Shown piece by piece: positions 1-9,133 of a DNA stretch of 64,000 bases. The first letter of the stretch is position 1. Each line of letters opens with the position of its first letter. The translations under genes and the position numbers were made by a program. A model generated the notes under the pieces. It searched no databases, was not told the origin of the DNA, and saw only the letters and a program-made list of their open reading frames with translations. This stretch comes from Polyangiales bacterium (GTDB taxonomy: Bacteria; Myxococcota_A; Polyangia; Polyangiales; Ga0077539): NCBI GenBank assembly GCA_046351515.1, contig JAXLYJ010000005.1, forward strand, positions 242,892 through 306,891, given 5' to 3'.

Positions 1-364
1 TGTACGCGTCGCGCAAGAAGATGTTGCGACGCGAGAGGCGCACGGTCGCGCGCGGCATGCGGTCGTAGTCGATCAACTGCAGCACGCGCGGGATGCGGAT
101 CGGTCCTCGCGCAGTGCCGAAGAACGGCTCTCCCTCGCGCGCTCCGACGGATGCCCACGATCGAAAATCGTGGCCCATCCAGTGCTCGTCGAGCGCGCGG
201 GCGACGTCGGTGAAGAGCAACACGAACGCGCGACGTGCGGAGGTGATGTGCACCGCCTGCATCGAGCGATTGACCACGAGTACCTGGGTGCTCTGAGCGC
301 TCTGCATTGCGTGCGACCGTTGACGGGGTGGGGGAGGTTGGAGCGCCGAGCGCTTTGCGTTCGG

Positions 365-1978
365 TCACTCGTCGTGTTCGGGGGCCGAACCGACCCCCGG
401 AGGCGCACCGCGCGCCTCGGACTCGAGACGATGTTGGGTACCGTTGTGTGACTCGCTCAGGGCTCGCGCAAGAGCGCGGCCCACGGTGGGCACGTCGCCG
501 TCACCGAGCGTTCGGGCGTCGAGCCACAGGGCGTCTTCGAAGAGCCGACCGACGACGGGAGGCTCGCATTGGGTGCGCAGCGCGCGCTCGATCGCGACCA
601 CGCGCGAGGGCGGACGGGTCGTGAGGATCGCGGCGAAGCTGGGGATTTCTGCGAGCGGAAGCGTTCCGCCGCCGACGCGGGCGATGGAGGCGCGGGCCTC
701 GATCGTGGTGTCCGCGCTGAGCAACGGAGCGCACTGCGCGACGAGCGCATCGGCCCGCGCACGCACCGCGTCGACGGGCTCTGTGAGCGCGCGCAGCGCA
801 GGAATTTCACGGGTCGCGCGGCCCGCCGCATACCGGGCGAGCGTCGCTTCGAGCGCGGCCATCACGATGCGCCCCGGTCGAAGCGCGCGCATGAGCGGGT
901 GCTTGCGGAGTCGTTCAATGTACGTCGCGCGACCGACGAGGATTCCCGCCTGGGGTCCGCCGAGCAGCTTGTCGCCCGAGAACATCACCACGTCTGCGCC
1001 GCCTTCGATCGCCTCTTGCGCCGTCGGTTCGTGCGGCAACCCGTACCGTTCGAGCGCGATCAACGCGCCCGATCCGAGGTCCTCGAGCAGCGGAACGCCC
1101 TTCGTCCTCGCGAGCTCCGCGAGCTCTCTTCGCGTCGGGCGCTGCGTAAATCCAAGGACGGCGAAGTTGCTCGGGTGCACGCTGAGCAGGGCTCCGGTGC
1201 GCTCGGAGCACGCGCGCTCGAAGTCCGCGACGCGCGTCTTGTTCGTGGTCCCCACGTCGACGAGCGTCGCTCCGCACGAAGCGATCACGTCTGGAATGCG
1301 AAATCCCCCGCCGATCTCGACGAGCTCGCCGCGCGAGACGATCACCTCGCGCCCCGCGCCGAACGCTGTGCACGCGAGCAAGACGGCCGCCGCGCAGTTG
1401 TTCACGACGACGGCGTCCTCTGCGCCGGTGAGCGTCGTGAGCAGCTCTTTTACAACTCGATCGCGGTGGCCGCGCTCGCCCTTCTCGACGTCGTACTCGA
1501 GCGGCGCGTACCCCGCGCACGCCGCGCGAACATCGTCGAGGACCCCTTCGGCGAGCGGCGCTCGGCCGAGGTTGGTGTGCAGAACCACGCCCGTCGCGTT
1601 GAGAATAGGCCGGAGATTGCGGCGCGAAGCGACCCTCGCGCGATCGTGCAGCGCACGGTCGACTCGCTCGGCGAGCGCGTCGCGATCGGGCGCGATGGTT
1701 CCGTCGAGCAGCCCCTCGCGAAGCGACGCGATGATGGTCTTGAGCTCCGCTCGCAGCGCGTCGTCGCCGAGGACCAAGCGAAGCGCCTCGGCTCCCGCGC
1801 CCGCCAACAGCCGCTGCGTCGGAGGAATCGCTCGCAGCTTCGACTCTGCCTCATCGCTCACAGCGGCCGCAGGGTCGCACGCGTGAACCGCGACGCGCCA
1901 ATTTGCGGGGGCGTGCGTTCTCTGTGAGCGGCCGCGGTACACAGAGATCTTCGATCTTCGACGGCGCCCGAGAGGCAC
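365..1978 (-). CDS. selA: L-seryl-tRNA(Sec) selenium transferase (selenocysteine synthase); true start probably ~30-40 codons inside the ORF
   Basis: Translation contains the SelA core (…ILNATGVVLHTNLGRAPL… and PLP-region FSGDKLLGGPQAGILVGRATYIERLRKHPLMRALRPGRI) collinear with E. coli SelA. The N-terminal extension is Arg-rich and looks non-coding. Confidence 0.75.
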   Translation of the reverse strand: MPLGRRRRSKISVYRGRSQRTHAPANWRVAVHACDPAAAVSDEAESKLRAIPPTQRLLAGAGAEALRLVLGDDALRAELKTIIASLREGLLDGTIAPDRDALAERVDRALHDRARVASRRNLRPILNATGVVLHTNLGRAPLAEGVLDDVRAACAGYAPLEYDVEKGERGHRDRVVKELLTTLTGAEDAVVVNNCAAAVLLACTAFGAGREVIVSRGELVEIGGGFRIPDVIASCGATLVDVGTTNKTRVADFERACSERTGALLSVHPSNFAVLGFTQRPTRRELAELARTKGVPLLEDLGSGALIALERYGLPHEPTAQEAIEGGADVVMFSGDKLLGGPQAGILVGRATYIERLRKHPLMRALRPGRIVMAALEATLARYAAGRATREIPALRALTEPVDAVRARADALVAQCAPLLSADTTIEARASIARVGGGTLPLAEIPSFAAILTTRPPSRVVAIERALRTQCEPPVVGRLFEDALWLDARTLGDGDVPTVGRALARALSESHNGTQHRLESEARGAPPGVGSAPEHDE

Positions 1979-2494
1979 GCCAAGACCTTCGGAAGAACTT
2001 GTTTGTGTGCTCTCTTTTCAACGTTGCGCGCGTTGCACAGAGCGACGCGCCGGAGCTCCCCGAGAGCGCGCGCCGCGCGCCAGCCGCTGTTCGGCTCGCT
2101 GACGTTCGCGATGAGAAAGCGGGCGCTCGCCGCGCCGAGCGCTGCCATCGCGCGGTTCGACTGCTCGTAGGGAACAGAAAACTGCTCGAACCAAGGCCAG
2201 ATTTGCGCTGGATCACTCGGGTCGTGCTGCGGCGGAGGCGCGCGACGTGTCATCGCCGCGGACGGCGCTGAGCAGCCGCGCTCCGTCGCACAATCTCGGC
2301 TGGCGAGCGAATACCCCCAGCGAGGATGATTGCCGGGTGGTGACAGCCGCCCGGACCCGTGCTAGGAAGCGCGCCCCTTTCGGACGAACCCTTTGCCTCG
2401 GCATCGGGGGCGTGTGGGAGGGGTTGTCGTTCCTTGCTCGCGGATTTCTCACTGGCACACCGCGGGCCTGAACGTCCAGGAGGCAAGTGCCAAC

Positions 2495-3046
2495 ATGACC
2501 ATCGAAGCAAATATCGACCGGTCTCGAGCCACAGACTACGAGACCATTTTCATCCTTCGCGCGGACATCGACTCGGATGCGTCCGAGAAGGCGATCTCGC
2601 GCGTGCTGACCGCCATCGAGCAGGGCGGCGGCAAGCTCCTCAAGGTCGAGAGCTGGGGCAAGCGTCGCCTCGCCTACGCGATCGGCAAGCAGCGCAAGGG
2701 CTTCTACGTGTACGTTCGTTACCTCGGCTACCGCGGCGTCGTCGCGGAGGTCGAGCGCAACCTGCGCATGCTCGACACCGTTCTCCGTCACCTCACCGTG
2801 GCGCTCCGCAAGAACGTCGACCCCAAGGCCATCACGGTGGACGCGGACGACGTGAAGGTGCGCCGCATCGAGATCGTCGAGGGTGAGGACGACAAGGAAG
2901 AGAACATCGAGAGCTCGCTCGGCCTGTCCGACGACCGCCCGAGCATGGCGCCCCGCGGCGACCGTTACGAAGCCGCTCCCGAGCCGCCCCCCGCGGCTCC
3001 GAGCGAAGAAGCCAAGGCCGAGGGCGAGAAGCCCGCGCAGGGATGA
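2495..3046 (+). CDS. rpsF: 30S ribosomal protein S6 with acidic C-terminal tail
   Basis: MTIEANIDRSRATDYETIFILRADIDSD…KRRLAYAI matches the S6 family. ATG at 2495 is preceded by AGGAGG at 2478-2483. The ORF-track start at 2393 is an upstream in-frame alternative start codon, not ATG. Confidence 0.9.
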   Translation: MTIEANIDRSRATDYETIFILRADIDSDASEKAISRVLTAIEQGGGKLLKVESWGKRRLAYAIGKQRKGFYVYVRYLGYRGVVAEVERNLRMLDTVLRHLTVALRKNVDPKAITVDADDVKVRRIEIVEGEDDKEENIESSLGLSDDRPSMAPRGDRYEAAPEPPPAAPSEEAKAEGEKPAQG

Positions 3047-3058
3047 TCGGAGGCTCAC

Positions 3059-3364
3059 ATGTCGATGCGAGATCGTGGAATGGATCGTGACGAAATCGTC
3101 GAGGCAGGAGAGCACGAGGTCGCCGTTGCGAACCTCGCCGAGCGCCGTCGCGGTGGTCGCAAGAAGATCTGCAAGTTCTGCGCGGAGAAGGCCACCTCGG
3201 TGGACTACAAGGACTCCAACGCGCTTCGTTACTTCCTCACCGAGCGCGGCAAGGTTGTGCCGCGCCGTATCTCGGGCAACTGCGCGTTTCACCAGCGCAT
3301 GGTGAACGAGGCGATCAAGCGCGGCCGCATGATCGCTCTGCTGCCCTTCACTGTCGCGCAGTGA
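3059..3364 (+). CDS. rpsR: 30S ribosomal protein S18
   Basis: [59 protein letters not shown] is the canonical S18 core. It lies 13 bp after rpsF. Confidence 0.9.
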   Translation: MSMRDRGMDRDEIVEAGEHEVAVANLAERRRGGRKKICKFCAEKATSVDYKDSNALRYFLTERGKVVPRRISGNCAFHQRMVNEAIKRGRMIALLPFTVAQ

Positions 3365-3385
3365 TCACCGGAGGAGATTTTCGTC

Positions 3386-3847
3386 ATGGCTCGTTCGGTC
3401 AACGTTGTTTTGCAGAAGGACGTCGAGAAGCTCGGTAAGGGCGGAGACGTCGTGAAGGTTTCTCCGGGCTACGCTCGCAACTACCTCGTTCCCAAGGGGC
3501 TCGCGCTCCCGGCGAGCGACGGCAATGTCGCGCGCTTCGAGCACATCAAGCGCGTCGCTGCGGAGCGCGCCGCCAAGGCCCGCGCCGAGGCGAAGTCGCT
3601 CGCGGACAAGGTCAACGCCGTCGAGATCGCGCTCACCGCGCGCGCCGGCAGCGAAGGCAAGCTCTACGGCTCGATCACGTCGAAGGACATCGAGACGGCG
3701 CTCAAGGCCAAGGGCTTCGACATCGACAAGAAGAAGCTCAAGGTCGACAACATCCGCGCGACCGGCACGTACGAAGTCGCCGTGCACCTCGCGCCCGAGA
3801 TCAACGCGTCGTTCAAGGTCACGGTCACTGCTTCGACCGAAGCCTGA
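3386..3847 (+). CDS. rplI: 50S ribosomal protein L9
   Basis: MARSVNVVLQKDVEKLGKGGDVVKVSPGYARNYLVPKGLA… matches L9 N- and C-domains. AGGAG lies upstream. Confidence 0.9.
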   Translation: MARSVNVVLQKDVEKLGKGGDVVKVSPGYARNYLVPKGLALPASDGNVARFEHIKRVAAERAAKARAEAKSLADKVNAVEIALTARAGSEGKLYGSITSKDIETALKAKGFDIDKKKLKVDNIRATGTYEVAVHLAPEINASFKVTVTASTEA

Positions 3848-3895
3848 TCGCATCGAACGCGCGGTCTCGACCGTGCTCCGAGGGCCTCGCGCTCG

Positions 3896-3925
3896 TCCAA
3901 ACGCTGGACGGCCGAGGCCTTCGGC
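3896..3925 (+). terminator. Weak hairpin (GCCG-AGGCCTT-CGGC) followed by GTTTCT downstream of rplI; possible operon terminator
   Basis: Short self-complementary stem plus T-rich tract seen directly in the sequence. The stem is only 4 bp, so this is tentative. Confidence 0.25.
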
Positions 3926-4056
3926 GTTTCTCCGGCGCGCGAAGCGCTAGCGACGCGCAGAGCCCTCGCGCGGTCGAATGCGCCGAGGACGAGCGATGCG
4001 CGAACGATTCGTCGTGCTCGAATTGCACCGGATCTTTGCTACGTTCGCGCGGCGCA

Positions 4057-5391
4057 ATGACTCGTTCGAACGCATCCGGTTTGCATCGTTGGCTATCGTG
4101 TTCGCTCGCGCTCGCGAGCTTCGCGGGGCTCGCTCTCGCTTCTTCCACTGCGAACGCGCAGGTCGAGCTGCGCTGCCCGCAAGGGTGGACGACGGCGCCG
4201 CCGCTCGCGCAAGGCGCTGAAGGCCAGCGGCCGATGGTGAGCTGCCGCAAGGACCCGATGCTCGTGGGCGGACTGCAGGTGGACGTCCGCGTTCCGCAGG
4301 GCAGCGCTGAAGCACGGCTCGCGTTGCAGTTGTTGATGGAGGCGAACTTTCCTCCGCCCGAGTCCATGCCGCAGCTCCGCGACGAGACGTTCGGGACGCT
4401 CCGTGGTCGCGTGCTCGAGCGCGAAGAGCAAGGCGAGGGGCCGGGAGGGACCACCACGCGAGTGACCGGCGTCGTCGCGTTGATCCCCGTCGGCGAGAGC
4501 ACCGTCGTGCTGCGGGCGATCTCGACCAACGCGCGCAGCCCAGCGATGACCGGGCTTCGCGCGATCATTCCGGCGATCGTCGGGCTCGACGGCGCGCCGC
4601 CGCAGTGGCGCGTGGGGCTTCCGTCGTGCCCGCGCCCGCTCACGCGCGGCGACGCGCGCGGAGCGACGCCGAACGGGCTGCGCCTCGCCGCCACGTGCAT
4701 GGTCGAGAGCGAGGGAAAGTCCGTCGAGGTCCTCGAGTCTCGATTGCCCGCGCGAACGCTGCCCGAGGCGCGCGCGGCGATCGACTTCTATCGTCAGACG
4801 ATGGAGCGTCAGTTCGGTCGTCGCGGCGGGACCGTCTCGATGGACGACCCGACGCCCATCACCGTGCAAGGCGCGCAGGGATTTTACGGCGTGATTCACG
4901 CGACCGTGACCGCGCAAGAGGCGCCCAACGCCCCGCCGCAACAGCTGCGGATCGATCGCGCTGTGACCGTGGTTCCGCTCGACAACGGCGGGCACGCTGA
5001 GCTGCTCGCGACCGTGGCGAACCCGAGCGACGCCAACGCGGTTCGTTCGCTCACCGAAGCGGTGATCGCCGCGGTGAAGCTCGATGGCTCGCAAGTCACA
5101 GGGACGACGACGAGCAGCGCTTCGAGCGGCGACGGCGGCGTGGGCGAGGGCGAGGGCGGCGTGAGCGCGCCCAGCGAGCGACCGCGCGAGCAGCCTCGGT
5201 CCAACTTCGACCCCAACGCGCCGATCCCCGACTGGTCGTCGGCGACCGTCGAGCGACCGCGCGCTGCGCAACCCACGGCGCAGAAGAACGCGTGCGGATG
5301 CACCACGCCAGGAGCGGTCGATCCGATGGGCGCGTGGTGGGCGATGGGCGTGATGGCGGGCGCGCTCGCGAGCCGCAAGCGTCGCGCTTGA
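4057..5391 (+). CDS. Secreted protein with C-terminal MYXO-CTERM-like sorting signal
   Basis: N-terminal signal peptide (MTRSNASGLHRWLSCSLALASFAGLALASSTANA). The C-terminus (…NACGCTTPGAVDPMGAWWAMGVMAGALASRKRRA) is a Cys-Gly-Cys motif followed by a hydrophobic helix and a basic tail. Confidence 0.6.
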   Translation: MTRSNASGLHRWLSCSLALASFAGLALASSTANAQVELRCPQGWTTAPPLAQGAEGQRPMVSCRKDPMLVGGLQVDVRVPQGSAEARLALQLLMEANFPPPESMPQLRDETFGTLRGRVLEREEQGEGPGGTTTRVTGVVALIPVGESTVVLRAISTNARSPAMTGLRAIIPAIVGLDGAPPQWRVGLPSCPRPLTRGDARGATPNGLRLAATCMVESEGKSVEVLESRLPARTLPEARAAIDFYRQTMERQFGRRGGTVSMDDPTPITVQGAQGFYGVIHATVTAQEAPNAPPQQLRIDRAVTVVPLDNGGHAELLATVANPSDANAVRSLTEAVIAAVKLDGSQVTGTTTSSASSGDGGVGEGEGGVSAPSERPREQPRSNFDPNAPIPDWSSATVERPRAAQPTAQKNACGCTTPGAVDPMGAWWAMGVMAGALASRKRRA

Positions 5392-5921
5392 GCGATCGCA
5401 CGGCGCCTCGAGCCTCGCGCGCCTGGGCTTCGAGCGAGCGGTCGCAGCGCGCGTTGTTGGGGGGATTCGGTCGCTACCGCGCGGGTGCGACGCAAGCGGC
5501 GAAGCCGAGTACCTTCGGTCCATCGACCATCGATGTCGCGGTCGGCGCCCAGCCGCGCGCGAGGCGGGCTTCGAGCAGCGCTGCGTCGGTGGGCTCGTTG
5601 TTCCAGACGGCGACCGCCGTCAGCCCGCCCAGTCACGTGGCGTCGTAAACGAGCCAGCGCTCGCCGTCGCGAACGACGACGTCATGCGTGTACTCGTCTT
5701 GCACGACGACGCGGACGATGGACGTTCGACCGTTCGAAGCAACGCAGTTCACCAGCAATTCTTCGAGGGTTTTGAGCGAACCATCGGTGAGCGTGTCGGT
5801 GGCTTTCATCGTCCGTCGTGTGTGATAGCGTCCCCGATCTTCGCGCGCCAGCGACCCTTCGCCGCGGCGCGCGCGCGCGATTCACGATTCACGAATTTTC
5901 CGCAGCAGCGCAGCGCAGGTC

Positions 5922-6629
5922 ATGAGCAAGCACGTTCTCCAGTCGGTCCTCGAACGAATCCACTCGCTCCGCGGGCAGCGCCCGGTCGTGCTGTTCGACC
6001 TCGACGGAACGCTCTACGACAATCGCCCGCGCACGCTGCGCATCCTGCACGCGTTCGCCGCGCAGCTGCCCAAGGAGCAAGCCGCTCACGCCCGCACGCT
6101 CCGCGCGCTCAACGCCGGGGACCTTCTCTACCGCTTGGACGAGACGCTCGGGCCGCGCGGAGTGCCCGCGGAGATCATCGCGCAAGCGCAGGCTGCGTGG
6201 CGCGTGCGGTTCTTCACGGACGCGGCGTGCGCGGACGACGTTCCGCTCGCGGGCTCGGTGGCGTTTGCGCGCGAGTGCTGGGACGCGGGCGCGACGCTCG
6301 TGTACCTCACTGGAAGGGACATCCCGGGAATGCTCCTCGGCACGACGCGGACGCTGCGTGACGACGGCTTTCCCATCGGCGTTCCGAGAGTCGAGCTGGT
6401 GATGAAGCCGACCTTCGAAGAGCCCGACGCGGACTTCAAGAATCGCTTGCTCGCGCCGCTCGGTGACCTCGGTCACGTCGTCGCGTCGTTCGACAACGAG
6501 CCGGGAAACTGCAACCTGTTTCGCGCGCAGTGGCCCGACGCGTTCACGGTGTTCTTGGACACGCAGAAGGCGCCGGGCGCGCCCGAGCTCGTCGAGGGTT
6601 GCCACACCATCGCGCACTTCGTTCACTGA
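5922..6629 (+). CDS. HAD-superfamily hydrolase
   Basis: N-terminal VVLFDLDGTLYD motif (HAD motif I) and C-terminal Asp-containing motifs. Confidence 0.6.
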   Translation: MSKHVLQSVLERIHSLRGQRPVVLFDLDGTLYDNRPRTLRILHAFAAQLPKEQAAHARTLRALNAGDLLYRLDETLGPRGVPAEIIAQAQAAWRVRFFTDAACADDVPLAGSVAFARECWDAGATLVYLTGRDIPGMLLGTTRTLRDDGFPIGVPRVELVMKPTFEEPDADFKNRLLAPLGDLGHVVASFDNEPGNCNLFRAQWPDAFTVFLDTQKAPGAPELVEGCHTIAHFVH

Positions 6630-6632
6630 GCG

Positions 6633-7391
6633 ATGAGCGAAGCGCTGCGCGTAGAGCGGCTCGCCAAACGCTGGCCCAACGGGACGATCGCGCTGCGCGA
6701 GGTCGAGCTTCGCGTCGCGCCGCGAGAGTTCGTCGCGATCCTCGGCGGATCGGGCGCGGGCAAGAGCACGCTGCTCCGCTGCGTCGCGCGCCTGATCGAG
6801 CCGAGCGAAGGCCGCGTGATCGTCGATGGCGTCGACGTCACCGCTGCGAAGGGCGCCGAGCTCACCGAGGCGCGCTCGCGCGTGGGCTTCGTGTTTCAAC
6901 AGTTCAACCTCGTCCCGAAGTACACCGCGCTCGAGAACGTCCTGCTCGCGCGCGTCGCGCGTCGCTCGTTTTGGCAGGGGATGCTCGGTCGATTCTCCGA
7001 CGAAGACCGCGCCGTCGCGCGCAAGGCGCTCGAGCGCGTCGGGCTCGCGGACAAGCTCGACTCGCCCGCGAGAGAGCTCTCGGGCGGTCAGCAGCAGCGC
7101 GTCGCGGTCGCCCGCGCGTTCGCGCAAGAGCCGAGGCTGTTGCTCGCGGATGAGCCGACGGCGTCGCTCGATCCTCGGCTGGCCGAAGTCGTCCTCGAGC
7201 TGCTTCGAGACTACGGTCGAAGCAACAACGTCGCGGTGCTCGTCAACGTGCACGCGATCGAGCACGCGAGAACGTTTGCGACGCGCGTCGTCGGCTTGCA
7301 GAAGGGCGCGGTCGTGTTCGACGGGCCCGCGAGCGCGCTCGATGATCGCGCGATCGAGACGATCTACGGCGCGAAAGACAGCGCGACGTAG
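6633..7391 (+). CDS. ABC transporter ATP-binding protein (PhnC/phosphonate-type-like); no cognate permease seen nearby
   Basis: Walker A GGSGAGKST, ABC signature LSGGQQQRVAVARA, Walker B LLLADEPTASLD, and a PhnC-like C-terminal region. It lies 4 bp after the HAD gene. Confidence 0.65.
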   Translation: MSEALRVERLAKRWPNGTIALREVELRVAPREFVAILGGSGAGKSTLLRCVARLIEPSEGRVIVDGVDVTAAKGAELTEARSRVGFVFQQFNLVPKYTALENVLLARVARRSFWQGMLGRFSDEDRAVARKALERVGLADKLDSPARELSGGQQQRVAVARAFAQEPRLLLADEPTASLDPRLAEVVLELLRDYGRSNNVAVLVNVHAIEHARTFATRVVGLQKGAVVFDGPASALDDRAIETIYGAKDSAT

Positions 7392-7398
7392 CGATCGC

Positions 7399-8244
7399 TC
7401 ACGGAGAGAGCACGGTCGCGAACGTCGTGCAGCCGCGCGCGACGTACACCGGCAGGCGCCGGAGCCGCGATTGATACTCGATGACGAGCTCGATCTTCAC
7501 GGGCGTGGCGGGGGCGTCGAGGTTCGGGATGATCGCGGTCCCTTGCGACCCCGTCGAGTCGACGACGCCGAACAGCGCGCCGTCGACGTCGTACGCGACC
7601 GCGACCGCGCCGCCGGGAGCGCGCGTGACCCGCGCTCCGCGCACGCGCGTGCGCAGCGCGCTCTCGACCTCGACGACGACGTGGGCGAGCGCGGGATCGA
7701 CGGTGATGCCCGTGGGGGCGATGGACTCAGCCACGAGCGAAGCGCTGACCGAGAGCACGGAAACGGGCTCGCTGGTCGAGCGAAAGTGCCCGATCGCGCA
7801 CGGTCCTGGCGAGGCGGGCGTCGCGCGGATCGGGCCGATTCCTTCGGCGTCGATGGTCGTCGCGAGCGAAAACGCGCCGTTCACGTCGGTGCTCGACGGC
7901 ATCATCGCGTTGTCGAGCAGCGAGCGAACCTGCCAGCCCGCCGCGAGCACGGTGTTCTCTGCGCGCGCGCGCGGGAGCACGCGCACCTCGCCGACCGACC
8001 CGCGCACGACCCCGCTGCTCGTGGCGCTGTCGACCGAGGCGCCGTCGCTCACGGCGCTGTCGCTCACGCCCGTGTCGATCGGCCCCGCATCGACCCGCCC
8101 CGGGTCGTTGGGAAACCGCGGCGTCCCCGTCGAGCACGGCTCTGTTGGACACGGCGCGGGCGGCGCCATCACCGGTCCGCAGCCGCTGACGAGCAGCGCT
8201 GCGAGCGTCACCCCACGATGCCAGTTCGAGATCGGTCCCTTCAT
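7399..8244 (-). CDS. Lipoprotein, function unknown
   Basis: Signal peptide plus lipobox (…AALLVSGC) followed by a beta-rich Ser/Val/Gly-rich sequence. The overlapping + strand ORF is Arg-rich junk. Confidence 0.5.
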   Translation of the reverse strand: MKGPISNWHRGVTLAALLVSGCGPVMAPPAPCPTEPCSTGTPRFPNDPGRVDAGPIDTGVSDSAVSDGASVDSATSSGVVRGSVGEVRVLPRARAENTVLAAGWQVRSLLDNAMMPSSTDVNGAFSLATTIDAEGIGPIRATPASPGPCAIGHFRSTSEPVSVLSVSASLVAESIAPTGITVDPALAHVVVEVESALRTRVRGARVTRAPGGAVAVAYDVDGALFGVVDSTGSQGTAIIPNLDAPATPVKIELVIEYQSRLRRLPVYVARGCTTFATVLSP

Positions 8245-8284
8245 CGTGCGAAGCGTATCGTGCGGCTCGCGGGCTCGCGAGCTT

Positions 8285-9133
8285 TCAGACCGCGCGCAGG
8301 TTGTTGTCCGCGTCGAACGCCGCGTCCGATTGAAACAGCGCGATCAGCCCTTCGATCACCGAGACCATCGCGGGGACGCCGGTCCAAAACGTGAGCAAGT
8401 AGATCAATCCCCACACCGGCTTGCCCTGATAAAACTTGTGAAGGCCGATGAATCCCAAGAGAAACGCGAGGATCGCGAACACCGTTCGGTTCGCGTTTCC
8501 CACGCGAACGACGCCCGTCGGCTGTCCGTATCCGTACGGAACCATCGCCGACGACATCGGCATCATCATCGGCATGGCCATCTGCGGCATGGGCTGCTGT
8601 TGCACCACGACCTGCACGACCGGCGCGGGCGCAGGCATCGGGTACTGCGGCTGCGGCATCGGGTATTGCGGCGCGGCGTACGCGTTTGGCATCGGCGGCG
8701 CGTACGGAGCGGGTTGCGCGTGCACGGGCGCGTACGCGGGCTGCGGCGGATAGGCCGGCTGCGCGGGGACGGTCGCGAGCGGGTATTGCGCTTGCGGCGG
8801 TGAGTACGGCTGTGCGTACGGAGAGGGGGGCTGCGCGTAGGGCGCGGGCTGCGGCGCGACGGGCGGCGCGTACGGCGCGGGCTGGCCGTACGCGGGCAGG
8901 GCGTAGACGGGAGTCGGTTGCGGCTGCCGAGGAGGCTCGGCCGCGGGCTGCGCGTACACCGGGGCGCTCGCGTTCGACGGAGACGGCGGAGGCCACACGC
9001 CCACCGTCGCGAGCGCGCTCGTCGTCGCGCTCGGCGTGGGCTGCGCGCTGTTCGTCGATGATGCCCCCGAGTCGATCGGAGCCGATGCATCGGAGCTGTT
9101 CGCTGGCGGTGTCGATCGGTCGTCGTTGTTCAT
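8285..9133 (-). CDS. Pro/Tyr/Ala-rich protein with C-terminal TM2 domain
   Basis: About 200 aa of PxPYAxP low-complexity sequence, then RTVFAILAFLLGFIGLHKFYQGKPVWGLIYLLTFWTGVPAMVSVIEGLIALF, the two-helix TM2 fold with conserved G..H.FY.G. Confidence 0.65.
   Translation of the reverse strand: MNNDDRSTPPANSSDASAPIDSGASSTNSAQPTPSATTSALATVGVWPPPSPSNASAPVYAQPAAEPPRQPQPTPVYALPAYGQPAPYAPPVAPQPAPYAQPPSPYAQPYSPPQAQYPLATVPAQPAYPPQPAYAPVHAQPAPYAPPMPNAYAAPQYPMPQPQYPMPAPAPVVQVVVQQQPMPQMAMPMMMPMSSAMVPYGYGQPTGVVRVGNANRTVFAILAFLLGFIGLHKFYQGKPVWGLIYLLTFWTGVPAMVSVIEGLIALFQSDAAFDADNNLRAV

Noticed and set aside
1858-2253. 131-aa minus-strand ORF upstream of selA
   Set aside because: It partly overlaps the likely selA N-terminus in another frame, there is no recognisable domain, and its C-terminal third is frame-overlap junk. 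It could still hide a short leader peptide, but this is unsupported.
1978-2495. Possible tRNA-Sec (selC) next to selA
   Set aside because: No GTTCGA-type T-loop or tRNA-like cloverleaf was spotted by eye. This needs tRNAscan-SE, and a search here is reported as a finding rather than a feature.
5889-7265. 458-aa minus-strand ORF overlapping the HAD and ABC-ATPase genes
   Set aside because: Extremely Arg/Asp/Leu-rich with no motifs. It is antisense to two well-supported genes, a typical high-GC shadow ORF.
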